Part shown: positions 10,387-21,786 of the stretch, in pieces
How the letters are laid out: each line of letters starts with the position of its first letter
Position numbering within the stretch: the first letter of the stretch is position 1
Source: Pachysolen tannophilus NRRL Y-2460
Taxonomy: Eukaryota
Assembly (NCBI GenBank): GCA_001661245.1
Contig: KV454013.1
Location: 900,502-964,501, forward strand
DNA length: 64,000 nt
Direction: 5' to 3'
Made by a program: the position numbers and the translations under genes
The notes under the pieces: generated by a model
What the model was told of the DNA's origin: nothing
Database searches by the model: none
What the model saw: only the letters and a program-made list of their open reading frames with translations

Positions 10387-13300
10387 ATGCCACTTTATCC
10401 AAATAAAAATTCTAACGGCGGTAATGAATACAAAAATCATAAAAATAGTTTTATATCTGATGTTACCAATAATTCGGGTTTAATGGAAATTAATCTTGTT
10501 CGAGATTTACAAAGTCATCCTGAAAATAAACCAGATTTTAGTCTGAAAGAATTGGATAATGATTCAACAATAATTGATAAATCAATTATTCCAAATTATA
10601 CTTTAATTTCTAAAATTGCTCCTTTAACATCAAATTTAATTTCCAAATATAGAGGTATTAGTGTTAAAGATAATAAGAAAGTTATAGTAAAACTTTCATT
10701 ACATTCTTCTGCATTGTCAATATTAACAAAATTTTTAAATGAATGGCATATATTAGGTGGTATTCATGAAATAATTGCTCCAAATAAAAGAAAAGCTGTA
10801 GATGGAATATCAGATTATGTTTCAGATTTACCTTATACATTACCAAAAAATATAAAAGGTATTCTTTATCCAATTGAATTTATATTTAATAAAGAAACTG
10901 ATAGTACTGCTTTAATATATGATAATGAAGAAATTCCAAAAATTTCATTAAAGGAAAAATATATTATAAATTCTTATAGAGAAAGTTCACCAGCTTTCTT
11001 TAATCAAGAAACTTCATCAACTTCTTCAATTAAATCAATGACTTCTTTTAATAAGTTGGATTTTAATAGACAAGCTTTACAAAGATCTAAATTACAAGTT
11101 TTGGAATTAATTGATATTTTCATTGAAATTTTAAAAATTTTACAAAAAATTCATAATTATGGTGTTGTAAATAATGGATTATCTTCAAATTCAATTTTTA
11201 TTGAAGAAAAAAATTCAAGTAAAGTTTACATTTCAGGTTTTGGCCTTGCATTCAGTCTATTAACTGAAGATTGTACAAAAGGTTTTAGAATGAGAAATAG
11301 AGATTATGTTAAAGATTTATTGCCATATATATCCCCAGAATCATCAGGTGAATTTAATAGATTGGCAGATTTTAGATCAGATTTTTACAGTCTTGGTATC
11401 ATAATGTATGAATTATTCTTGGGATTTCTTCCCTTTGATTACTCAGATTCATCCCAAATCATTTATATGCATGTCAATCAAACTCCATTGGATCCTTCAT
11501 CTATAGCACCTTGGTTACCAGTAAAACTATGTTCACTCATAATGAAATGTCTTGCCAAAAGAGCAAGTGAACGGTTTAGAAGTGGTAATGAAATTATTAA
11601 TAGTTTACTTTTAATTAAAAGAGAATTGACAACTGTTAACAATGTGGATTCAATTATTCATGCTAGGCCAAAATTAGTTATTCCAAAAGATATATATGGT
11701 AGAAATAATGAAATAGAAGAATTAATAACAAAATATGAATCAATGGAAAGAGGGAAAATAAATGGACTAATGGTTACAGGAGAAAGTGGTGTAGGAAAAA
11801 CAATGATGTTGGATGAGTTTAAATCTTATTTAACTTCTAGAAAATTTATATTACACGCAAGTTGGAAATGCAACAAATTTCAACAAGCAAGTTCAATACA
11901 TCAAATTTTTGTGAAAATAATTAGAACTGCTTTGAAAAGAATTCTTACTACAAACAAAAAATTCATTAAAAAATGGAGAGATTTAATAATTAAAAATATT
12001 GATGATTTGACAATTGCTACTGATATTTTCCCTGAAATTAAAGACTTATTGGGTCAAAAATTTTTACAATCATTGTCATTAGATAGTCATCATAAATTTA
12101 ATTTAGATGGCAGGTCACCATCTCAAGTTTTACCTTTAAAATTAGAATCAAGATTCACTTATATTATTAAAAAACTATTTGCTTTGTTTGCATCAAATGC
12201 TAATGAAGGGTTCACCATAATAGTCGACGATACACAGTATCTTTCAAAAGGTGAGGTCAAATTGTTTGACGAAATAGTTTCGTTTATTGTTGAAAATAAT
12301 TATCTCCCCAAATCGAAATTAATTTTCGTTTTTTCCAAATTGTCAGCTGAAGGACAAAAGGATAACAACGAGAATTTAACTTTTGTAAAATCTCAGACTG
12401 CTCCTTTAGAAAAATATGATGATCAATCTTATGTAAAGATAGAAAGAGTCTGGTTGGGAAAATTGTCATTTGAAGGCGTAGAGGAATATTCTAGGGAATT
12501 ACTACCGGACAATTTTAATAATTCATCAAAGGGTTTTATCGATAAAACACTATATGATGAATTTTTGTACAACAAGACACCAAATGTCTTACGATATACA
12601 ATGGGTATGTTATTGTTAAACGGTGCTTTTGGACTAGGTGATGACGATTATAGTTTGATATTCAAATACGAAAATGCTATATCAGTTAAACCAAATTCAC
12701 TCGTTGATTTTTTCAATTATTATACAAAATCATATTCTGATAAGAATACTTTGAAAGTTTTAAGATTTGCCTCTTGTATAAGTACTGGCTATTCATTTTC
12801 ATTAAGCTCATTAGCAATTGTATCTGGAATGTCTTTGAAAGACACTTACACATACTTATATCCATCACTTTCAATTTTAATGATTTTCCCAACTACTGTA
12901 AATTATAAGTTTCCATTCCATTTAATTGATAGCTCATGTTTTCCACTGAAAGATTTATCGGAAGATGATTTATGGCATTTGGCATCGAATTGTTCTTTCA
13001 AGTTTTGTCATGATTCACTTCAAGATTACTTGTTAAATACTTTGGTTGACACGCAGCAATTCAAAAAATATCAAAAATTGTGTGCTTTAAGGTTATATGA
13101 ATCCGTTAATGTCGACTTTTTAACCAGCTCAAAGCTTTTTGAAATGTGTCGTCACTTTATCGATTCGAGTTCTATTGCTGAAGAACACGAGTTTCCTATT
13201 TATCGTCATGTATTAACTTTGGCTGGTAAATTAGCGTATTTATCCTATGATTTTGAATTGGCTTTAATATACTTTGAAACCGTCAGAGAGTATTTCACTC

Positions 13301-16300
13301 GTGGCAATAATCTAGAAGATTCCAACAAACAATTGGACTTAACAGTTGTTCAGTTGTACTATATCTTGAAAAGATATGAGAAGTGCCTACAACTAATAGA
13401 TGACTATATACCGACATATCCTACTCCGTATGAGAAAAATCTATTCTTATTGACAAGAACGAAAACTTTATTTATGCTCCATAGACATGATGAGGCTATT
13501 AGAAATGCTTTAAGTGGGTTGAAAATGTTAAATATTATTATTGAAGAAGATGATGAATGGAATGATAAATTTTTGGAAGAAGTTAAACCGAGAATTCCAC
13601 TATCAATTGGCGAAATTCATACCCTAAAAAACATATCTTCAATATCGATCCCGCTGGAAAAAGAGCTCGAGATAGAAACTATTTCTAATTTAATTGTACC
13701 TGTTTTAGCTTCTGGAAGACTCAAATTGGCGAACACATTGACATCTGTTAACATTATTAACATGTTAACTTATGGTTCTTCGAGTGTTTATGCAGTCTCA
13801 CTTTTAGTTCTTGCTATATCTATGACCCAGGAACATGGTAAACAGGCATTTATGAGAGCTATAGAGTATTCCAAAGTTGCTTTAAGCTTGGTGGAAAAAG
13901 ATAAAAATGTTTCATTAGAAACTGGAGTAATTGTATATGAGCTCTATTTTGTGACATTAGCTATTTTCGCAGAACCGTTACAACACGTCATGAAATATTA
14001 CGATGTTTTCATTTCACAGAGTAAATCATTTATAGACAACGGTATCAGTTTTAGTCAATTCATTGGAATTGGCATAAAGAATTTTTGTAACCTTCTTACA
14101 GGAGAGAATTTGAATGCAATACTATTCAAAGCTGAGATGGTGAAGTTTGATTTTGAGGCTGAACAACTGACTTCACAATCGCTAAATGTATGGAACTCAC
14201 TACATATTAAATCCATTAAGTGCTTAATTGGTTCAATTCCATTGGATGAGTTGGTACTAGAAGAGTCGGATGAGCCCAACAGCTTCATTTACAGTGAATA
14301 CCTGTATGCTTTCCACGTTATAAAGTTTTATTCGTGTGTAGCAATAGGTGAATATTCTAAAGCTATGCAAATTTTTGAAGTTGAGATACCAAAATTTAAA
14401 CGGATGTTTCCATTAACTTTATTTGATGCAGCCATTGCATTCTTTGGTTGTATTTTACTTTTAAAAGATGTTGGAAATAATGCGAGAAAGAAATCAGAGA
14501 GAAAGAAAGTATTTGAAGAATATTATGAATATTTGGAAACATGGTCGCTTACTAGTCCTTCTACATTTGAATCAAAATTTTTAATTGTGAAGGCGATTAG
14601 TGCTCATATTTATAATATTGGACAACAAAGCGACATAGAAATTCTTGATTTGTTTGAAAAAGCTGCGGAACTAGCTGCTAGCAAATATCAGTATTTTGAT
14701 GAAGCCCTAGCTTACGAGAGTTGCTCTTTGTGGTTGTTGCAGATTTCTAAGAATAAAGATAGAGCAGCAAAATTTATGAAAGAAGCAGCGAGAGTTTACC
14801 ATTTGTGGGGTTCAAATATTAGAGTTCAAAAATTAGTTGAAGAATATCCAGAATTATTATGTGATTATAACTGGGCAGGAGTTGAAAATTATTCTTCGAT
14901 TAAAAAAGCACAAAATTTTAGTAGCTCTACCAATCTGAGTGAATCTGCTTCTGTGAAAGCAATTAATTTAAATTCAAGTCCATTGCAAATGATGCTATCG
15001 AGTTATTTTAAGAACGAAATAAGTCCAAGTTATCTTCCAAATGCTCGTATCGACTCTACTATTAGTAGTAGCGACGAAGATTACGACAGCGAACACGTAG
15101 ATGATGCTATTATGATGAGCCAGTCTTCTAGTGATGATTTATCGATTGATATGAAAACAGCTATCCAAACTTGTCTAGATATTTCTGAATCAATTGACTC
15201 CGGTTCTATTGTTTTGAAGTTGATTAAAAATACGATGAATATATTAAATGCCGATTTTGCTGTGTTGGCATTGAAAGACAACATAGGTGAAGTATATGTC
15301 GAGGCAGCAGCAACAGAGAGCCAAGTGAGATTAATCAGCCATGAACCATTAAGTTCAAGAAATGATCTTTGCCCCATTTCGTTGATAAATGATGTTATTA
15401 AGTTTGGAACTACAATAAATCGAGAAGATGATCCAATATACTTTTCTTCTCACTATAGAGATATAGATTTTTATTACAATGATAAACCAGGTAACATTGC
15501 CATATTGGGTATACCGATTAAAAACCAAACTGAAACCATTGGTGCTCTTTATATGGAAAATCAAGAAGTTCGTAAACACAGGTCATATAAAATTTTTACC
15601 AAGGAAAAAGTGGATTTAGGAACTTTGTTTTGTACTCAAGCCGCATTCTCGTTAGATAAAGCAATGCTTTATCAACAGATGAATCACGCAACAAAGTTGG
15701 CTAAGGAAGCAACTGAGGAAAAGGCCAGTTTTTTGAATTCAATGAGTCACGAGATTAGGACCCCATTTAATTCTTTATTGAGTTGTTCTATTTTCTTATT
15801 GGACACGGATTTAACAGATATTCAAAAGGAATACGTCGAAACAATTAGAAGCTCTGCCATGGTTACATTAAATATAATTGATGGAATTTTATCTTTTGCT
15901 AAGATTGAAAATTCTCTTGTTACCTTGGATAATATTCCATTTTCCTTAAATGATTGCATTGAGAGTGCCCTTCAATTGGTTTGTGAACAGGCTTCTTCCA
16001 AGGACTTGGAGTTAGTTTACTTGAATAGATGTGATTCAGTCGATACCATAATAGGTGATGTTACTAGATTCAGGCAAATAATCATCAATATCATTGGAAA
16101 TGCTGTCAAATTTACCAATAAAGGTTATATCTTAGTTGAAACAAATTGTCGTAAAGTTTCATCTGATGATAGATACCAGTTTACTGTCACAATCAAGGAT
16201 ACGGGAATTGGGATTCCAAAAGATTCTTATAACAAAGTTTTTGGAGCTTTTAGTCAAGTTGATGGATCTTCAAGAAGAATGTATGGAGGTGCAGGATTAG

Positions 16301-17349
16301 GTCTTGCAATTTCTAAAAAATTGGTTGATTTAATGGGAGGTTCACTTACTTTTGAGAGTATTGAGAATATAGGTACATCTTTTTATTTTTCGGTTATTGC
16401 AAAAGTTCAGTTACAAAATCAACAAAAATTGGAAACTAGAACCAAAGCTTTTCAGGATATTTTGAATTCTAATGAAACTTTAAATAAACAAATTTTAATT
16501 GCTGATTCTTATAAATTGGGGAGATTAGCATTAAAAGAAGAATTGGAAAGATTTGGGTTTGAAGTTACAATAACTGATAATCTTGAAGATACTTTAAAAA
16601 TTTTTAAAGAAAAAGAATCAAAAGATGATGGTTTCAAAATTGTTTTCATAAATAATAAATTATTAAACTCTGAGGAAGATGAGGAGATTATGAATTTTTT
16701 AAATAAAAAATTTTCCAGTAAAACCGTTTTCATATTATCGGGGCAATTTGGTACAGTGAATCTGAAAGGGTTTTCTCAAATTTTATTATTACCATTCCAA
16801 AGATTTAAAATACAAGAAATTTTAACAAAGACGTATGTCCAGGATAAAAATCTTGATCTTGAGGAGAAAAAAACGTTGGGCCGAGCCCTGGAAATTGTTT
16901 CTAAAAAGGAAAATAATCTGACTTTTGATAAGACTTTGTTAGAAACATTGGCAGACAGACATCCATTAAAGATCTTATTAGCTGAAGACAACATGATCAA
17001 TACCAAGGTTGCTTTACAACACTTGAAAAGAATGGGATATAAAGCAGACCATGCAAAGGATGGAGTAGAAGTCTTGAAGAAATGTGCCTCAACCTTGGAT
17101 AAAACTGGAACAAATTACGATGTTGTATTAATGGATATTCAAATGCCAAACAAGGATGGCATTGCTGCATGTTTGGAACTAAATGAGATCTATAAAGACA
17201 ATCACATGCCTAAGGTTGTTGCATTGACTGCAAACGTCGCAGGCGAAGATAAAGAAAGATGTTTGGCATGTGGTATGGTTGGTTTCATATCCAAACCTTT
17301 GCTACCAAACGATTTGGCAGCTGTATTAATGAGTATAGAAACCACATAA
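10387..17349 (+). CDS. CHK1: Large hybrid histidine kinase (group X; Candida Chk1 / S. pombe Mak2-3 type)
   Basis: Domain order: kinase-like (YISPE, RSDFYSLG), P-loop GESGVGKT, GAF, H-box SHEIRTP, N-box NIIGNAVKF, G-boxes DTGIGI and GAGLGL, receiver AEDN...MDIQMP...KP. Confidence 0.92.
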   Translation: MPLYPNKNSNGGNEYKNHKNSFISDVTNNSGLMEINLVRDLQSHPENKPDFSLKELDNDSTIIDKSIIPNYTLISKIAPLTSNLISKYRGISVKDNKKVIVKLSLHSSALSILTKFLNEWHILGGIHEIIAPNKRKAVDGISDYVSDLPYTLPKNIKGILYPIEFIFNKETDSTALIYDNEEIPKISLKEKYIINSYRESSPAFFNQETSSTSSIKSMTSFNKLDFNRQALQRSKLQVLELIDIFIEILKILQKIHNYGVVNNGLSSNSIFIEEKNSSKVYISGFGLAFSLLTEDCTKGFRMRNRDYVKDLLPYISPESSGEFNRLADFRSDFYSLGIIMYELFLGFLPFDYSDSSQIIYMHVNQTPLDPSSIAPWLPVKLCSLIMKCLAKRASERFRSGNEIINSLLLIKRELTTVNNVDSIIHARPKLVIPKDIYGRNNEIEELITKYESMERGKINGLMVTGESGVGKTMMLDEFKSYLTSRKFILHASWKCNKFQQASSIHQIFVKIIRTALKRILTTNKKFIKKWRDLIIKNIDDLTIATDIFPEIKDLLGQKFLQSLSLDSHHKFNLDGRSPSQVLPLKLESRFTYIIKKLFALFASNANEGFTIIVDDTQYLSKGEVKLFDEIVSFIVENNYLPKSKLIFVFSKLSAEGQKDNNENLTFVKSQTAPLEKYDDQSYVKIERVWLGKLSFEGVEEYSRELLPDNFNNSSKGFIDKTLYDEFLYNKTPNVLRYTMGMLLLNGAFGLGDDDYSLIFKYENAISVKPNSLVDFFNYYTKSYSDKNTLKVLRFASCISTGYSFSLSSLAIVSGMSLKDTYTYLYPSLSILMIFPTTVNYKFPFHLIDSSCFPLKDLSEDDLWHLASNCSFKFCHDSLQDYLLNTLVDTQQFKKYQKLCALRLYESVNVDFLTSSKLFEMCRHFIDSSSIAEEHEFPIYRHVLTLAGKLAYLSYDFELALIYFETVREYFTRGNNLEDSNKQLDLTVVQLYYILKRYEKCLQLIDDYIPTYPTPYEKNLFLLTRTKTLFMLHRHDEAIRNALSGLKMLNIIIEEDDEWNDKFLEEVKPRIPLSIGEIHTLKNISSISIPLEKELEIETISNLIVPVLASGRLKLANTLTSVNIINMLTYGSSSVYAVSLLVLAISMTQEHGKQAFMRAIEYSKVALSLVEKDKNVSLETGVIVYELYFVTLAIFAEPLQHVMKYYDVFISQSKSFIDNGISFSQFIGIGIKNFCNLLTGENLNAILFKAEMVKFDFEAEQLTSQSLNVWNSLHIKSIKCLIGSIPLDELVLEESDEPNSFIYSEYLYAFHVIKFYSCVAIGEYSKAMQIFEVEIPKFKRMFPLTLFDAAIAFFGCILLLKDVGNNARKKSERKKVFEEYYEYLETWSLTSPSTFESKFLIVKAISAHIYNIGQQSDIEILDLFEKAAELAASKYQYFDEALAYESCSLWLLQISKNKDRAAKFMKEAARVYHLWGSNIRVQKLVEEYPELLCDYNWAGVENYSSIKKAQNFSSSTNLSESASVKAINLNSSPLQMMLSSYFKNEISPSYLPNARIDSTISSSDEDYDSEHVDDAIMMSQSSSDDLSIDMKTAIQTCLDISESIDSGSIVLKLIKNTMNILNADFAVLALKDNIGEVYVEAAATESQVRLISHEPLSSRNDLCPISLINDVIKFGTTINREDDPIYFSSHYRDIDFYYNDKPGNIAILGIPIKNQTETIGALYMENQEVRKHRSYKIFTKEKVDLGTLFCTQAAFSLDKAMLYQQMNHATKLAKEATEEKASFLNSMSHEIRTPFNSLLSCSIFLLDTDLTDIQKEYVETIRSSAMVTLNIIDGILSFAKIENSLVTLDNIPFSLNDCIESALQLVCEQASSKDLELVYLNRCDSVDTIIGDVTRFRQIIINIIGNAVKFTNKGYILVETNCRKVSSDDRYQFTVTIKDTGIGIPKDSYNKVFGAFSQVDGSSRRMYGGAGLGLAISKKLVDLMGGSLTFESIENIGTSFYFSVIAKVQLQNQQKLETRTKAFQDILNSNETLNKQILIADSYKLGRLALKEELERFGFEVTITDNLEDTLKIFKEKESKDDGFKIVFINNKLLNSEEDEEIMNFLNKKFSSKTVFILSGQFGTVNLKGFSQILLLPFQRFKIQEILTKTYVQDKNLDLEEKKTLGRALEIVSKKENNLTFDKTLLETLADRHPLKILLAEDNMINTKVALQHLKRMGYKADHAKDGVEVLKKCASTLDKTGTNYDVVLMDIQMPNKDGIAACLELNEIYKDNHMPKVVALTANVAGEDKERCLACGMVGFISKPLLPNDLAAVLMSIETT

Positions 17350-18189
17350 TGAAGAGGACTATACACCTTTTTCCAAAAAAAAAATTTTTTTTTTTTTTCT
17401 TTTTTAATTCTTTTTTAATTCTTGTTTGTTATTATTATTCCATATTATTCCACCAATTAATTAGTTGTACAATGGCTACTATTCAGCTTTTCAGTTTCCT
17501 ATTTGTTTTATTACTTATAAATATTTATACATGACCGTTAACAATTAAACATCACATTTGTAGTTATTGTTTTAATTTCTCTTTTATGACACACTTCCTG
17601 ACACACTTTCTAATCTTCTGTGACGTTGTTCGATGTCGTTTTAACGTCATCACTAGTGTCCTCATTAGCGTCGTCATGAGCGTCGTGTGACATCTTCTGA
17701 CGCAGTTTCCCCAATTTCCCAACTAAGACTAATTGTGCACCACAAACACGACCGAAGTAGTTTTTAAGTTGTCTCAGAACACGCCAAAAATAAAATAATA
17801 AAATAATAAATTCGAAAGAAAAAAAAAATCCCTTGTCCAGACAGAGAGATATAGATAGATAGCATACAATTATTATTATTATTATAATTATTATTATTAT
17901 TTTTATTAATATAATCATTATATATTGAGTTAGGATTTGTATCTTTGGATTCAATATTATATTTATTATCTTTTAGAAATCATTATCATACTTTTGTAAT
18001 ATTAATTATTAGTTTTTTTTTTCTTGTTTTTTTTTCTTTTTTTTTATTTTTATTTTTATTTTTTTAATTTTTTATTTTCATTTTAAAGGAAAGGAAAGTT
18101 ATTAACTTGAGAGATTAATTATTGTTTCATATTCGTATCTTTACAGTTGAAAAATTAAAAACAAGAGAAATTAGAATTTATTAATCACA

Positions 18190-18500
18190 GTAAGTAATAT
18201 AACTTTTTCAAAAAAATGAGTTTGTTGAATTTTTAGTACTTTAAATTTCATTTTCATGTTAGAGTTCTGAGATCAAACTTTATCAACGAAAATTTTAAAT
18301 AAGAAAAATAAAAAAAAATAGAGTCAATTTATATCAAGATATAAAGCAGCAATGATAAATTGGGGTTCAGATATGTTATTAGTTATGGGATAAGGATGAT
18401 GGTTTTTTTTTTTTTATTTTTTTTATTTTTTTTTTTTTTCTTTCAAAAATGACATTACAATTACTAACATTTTTTTTTTCTTTTTATTGAGTTTGATCAG
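18190..18500 (+). other. Predicted 5'-UTR intron of CDC42 (311 nt)
   Basis: GTAAGT at 18190, TACTAAC at 18462-18468, polypyrimidine tract, CAG ending at 18500, 12 nt before the ATG. Confidence 0.75.
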
Positions 18501-18512
18501 TATTAAAAAAAT

Positions 18513-19173
18513 ATGCAAACTATAAAGTGTGTTGTTGTGGGCGATGGTGCAGTCGGTAAAGTAAGTTATAACAAACAATAGGAATATGACAATAATTAAT
18601 TGAAGGTGTTTACTAACTTTTTTTTTTTTTTATGTTGGCCTACAGACTTGTCTTTTAATTTCATATACAACAAATAAATTTCCCCTGGATTATGTTCCAA
18701 CAGTTTTTGATAATTATGCAGTCACAGTTATGATTGGGGATGATCCATATACTTTAGGTTTATTTGATACAGCGGGTCAAGAAGATTATGACCGTCTTCG
18801 TCCTTTAAGTTACCCTTCAACGGATGTATTCTTGGTATGTTTTTCGGTGATTGCTCCTTCATCGTTTGAAAATGTTAGAGAAAAATGGTTTCCTGAAGTT
18901 CATCATCATTGTCCCGGTGTTCCTTGTTTAATTGTTGGTACACAGGTTGATTTAAGAAATGATATGGCAATCTTGGAAAGGTTAAGAAAACAAAGTCAAC
19001 ACCCAATATCTGCACAACAAGGTGAACGCATGGCAAAAGAGTTGAGAGCAGTAAAATATGTGGAATGTTCAGCATTGACCCAGCAAGGGTTGAAAAACGT
19101 ATTTGATGAAGCAATTGTTGCAGCACTTGAACCTCCAGTTATTAAGAGAAGTAAGAAGTGCACTATCTTATGA
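18513..19173 (+). CDS. CDC42: Rho-family GTPase Cdc42; exons 18513-18560 and 18646-19173, 191 aa
   Basis: [16 protein letters not shown] joins [13 protein letters not shown](CTG)[11 protein letters not shown]-terminal CAAX CTIL. Confidence 0.98.
18561..18645 (+). other. Coding-region intron of CDC42 (85 nt)
   Basis: GTAAGT donor, TACTAAC at 18611-18617, CAG acceptor; removal gives an exact 191-aa Cdc42. Confidence 0.96.
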
Positions 19174-19665
19174 ATGGGGTTCATCATGTCATAATTTGTT
19201 TTATTTTTTATTTTTTTCTTTTTACTTTTTTCTTTATTTTATTTTATTTTATTTTATTTTATTTTTATTGTTAGGTTTTGATTGTTGTCGCTGGGTGTCC
19301 TCTAGAAACCCAATTTTTATTTTTATTTTTATTTTTATTTTTTTTTTTTCCTTCTTGTTTTTTTTCAGCTGCTTAAAGTCCTTTCTCTGTTATTCAATCA
19401 AGATTACTATTTCTTTTCCTTTTTTCCTTTTTAAAAATTATTTACTTACCTACTTCTTTTATCAAATTGTGGAAGCTGCTAAGTATTATTTGATTTTTTA
19501 TTTCATCATTCATGATTAATCCATATAGATATTCGGGAAATACAGTTCTTTATGATATCGTCACACTCCTTGGCAGTCCCTCCGCCTCTCCTACTATACC
19601 TTCTTCTATTCCTGCCTCTCACTAAACTCACATCTTTTCATCTGGTGGAATTTTTCACCATCAAT

Positions 19666-19740
19666 TTTGATCCATTTGATCCATTTGATCCATTTGATCC
19701 AAATTGACCCAAAATGACCCAAATGGGTCATTTTGGGTCA
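19666..19740. repeat. Tandem TTTGATCCA repeats followed by a perfect 17-bp inverted repeat
   Basis: (TTTGATCCA)x4, then TGACCCAAAATGACCCA-AA-TGGGTCATTTTGGGTCA at 19705-19740. Confidence 0.9.
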
Positions 19741-19916
19741 TTTCAAAAGTAGTTCACTTTCTAACCAAAAAAATTTTTGTTGTAAGACACGAAATTTTTG
19801 ATCGAAGAAAGCATTCATCAAAATCATCAATCATCAATACCAGTACAACAAGAGAAGATTGATTGATTGAGATTGAGAAATAAGAGTGTTTTGGTTATAT
19901 CTGTATATCTAGTAGA

Positions 19917-21678
19917 ATGTTTTCAAATACTCGTTCAGATACTTTATGTATGTATTAACTTGTTTTTTTTTTTTTTATTTTTTTATATTGGTTTTTGGTA
20001 TGGTGGATAATTTGTTTTACTAACGAGAAAATGTATAGTTCTTGGAGGTGAAAAGGTTAGTGGTGCCGATATTAGAAACCAGAATGTTTTAGCTGCACAA
20101 GCGGTAGCAAATGTTGTGAAGTCCTCGTTGGGTCCTGTAGGTCTTGATAAGATGTTGGTTGATGATATTGGTGATGTTACTGTTACTAATGATGGGGCTA
20201 CTATTTTAAGTTTGTTGGATGTTCAACACCCGGCTGGTAAAATCTTGGTGAACTTAGCTCAGCAGCAGGACAGAGAAGTTGGTGATGGAACTACCTCTGT
20301 GGTAATTATTGCTGCAGAATTGTTGAGAAGGGCTAATGAATTAGTTAAGAATAAGATCCATCCAACCACTATTATATCTGGTTATAGATTAGCGTTAAGA
20401 GAAACAACGCGTTATATAAATGAAGTATTATCTCAACCAGTTGACTCTTTAGGTAAAGAAACATTGATCAACATTGCAAAGACTAGTATGTCTTCTAAGA
20501 TTATTGGTTCAGATTCAATATTTTTCAGTAAGATGGTTGTTGATGCTATGTTAGCAGTAAAGACTACAAATTCAAAAGGTGAAGTTAAATACCCAGTTAA
20601 AGCTGTAAATATTTTAAAAGCTCATGGTAAGTCTTCTACTGAATCGATGTTGATTAATGGTTATGCTTTAAATTGTACTGTTGCTTCACAAGCAATGGCT
20701 AAAAATGTAACAAATGCAAAAATTGCAGTTTTAGATATTAATTTACAAAAAGCAAAAATGGCAATGGGAGTTGAAATAAACATTAGTGATCCTGAACAAT
20801 TGGAAGAAATTAGGAAAAGAGAATATGGTATTGTAATTGAAAGAATTAGGAAAATCATTGCTGCTGGTGCAAATGTTGTATTAACTACAAAAGGTATTGA
20901 TGATTTGTGTTTAAAAGAATTTGTTGAAGCTGGTGTTATGGGTGTAAGACGTTGTAAAAAAGAAGATTTAAGAAGAATTGCTAGAGCTACAGGTGCTACT
21001 TTTATTAGTAGTATGTCAAATTTAGAAGGTGAAGAAACTTTTGAAAAAAATTATCTTGGTTTTGCTGAAGAAGTTGTTCAACAAAAAATTTCTGATGATG
21101 AATGTATATTAATCAAAGGAACCAAAGCACATTCTTCTTCATCGATTATCCTTAGAGGTGCAAACGACTATACGTTGGATGAGATGGAAAGATCTATACA
21201 TGATTCTCTTTCTGTTGTGAAAAGAACTTTAGAAAGTGGTAATGTTGTTCCAGGTGGTGGTGCTGTAGAAACTGCATTGAACATTTATTTGGAAAATTTT
21301 GCAACCACAGTAGGATCTAGAGAACAATTGGCAATTTCAGAATTTGCTCAAGCTTTATTAGTTATACCAAAGACATTGGCAGTTAATGCAGCCAAGGATT
21401 CTTCAGATTTGGTGGCAAAGTTAAGATCATACCATGCTGCTTCACAGCAAGCATTGCCCTCAGATTTGAAGAAAAAAAATTATAAAAATTATGGTTTAGA
21501 TTTAATCAAAGGTAAAGTTGTTGATGAAAGTTTACATGGTGTCTTGGAACCTACTGTCAGTAAGATAAAATCATTAAAATCGGCATTGGAAGCATGCATT
21601 GCCATATTAAGAATTGATACCATGATCACTGTTGATCCAGAACCACCAAAGGAAGATCCACATGGACATGACCATTAA
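19917..21678 (+). CDS. TCP1: Chaperonin CCT alpha subunit; exons 19917-19947 and 20039-21678, 556 aa
   Basis: [10 protein letters not shown] joins FLGGEKVSG; motifs [19 protein letters not shown] and GDGTTSV. Intron 19948-20038 has GTATGT, TACTAAC (20018-20024) and TAG. Confidence 0.97.
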
Positions 21679-21786
21679 AAGAAACAACCTCATATATAAT
21701 ATTATATAGAAATTTTTTTTCTGAATTTCTTTCTTTTTATTTCCTTTTCAACCTCAAAATATATATTTAAAAAAAAAAAAAAAAAA

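Noticed and set aside
18685..18687. CUG-Ser (Candida-type) code as the explanation for the CTG pattern
   Set aside because: Compatible with Cdc42 alone, but Uba2 WAK, Vcx1 VQASML, the SH3 FxA site and QA repeats favour Ala.
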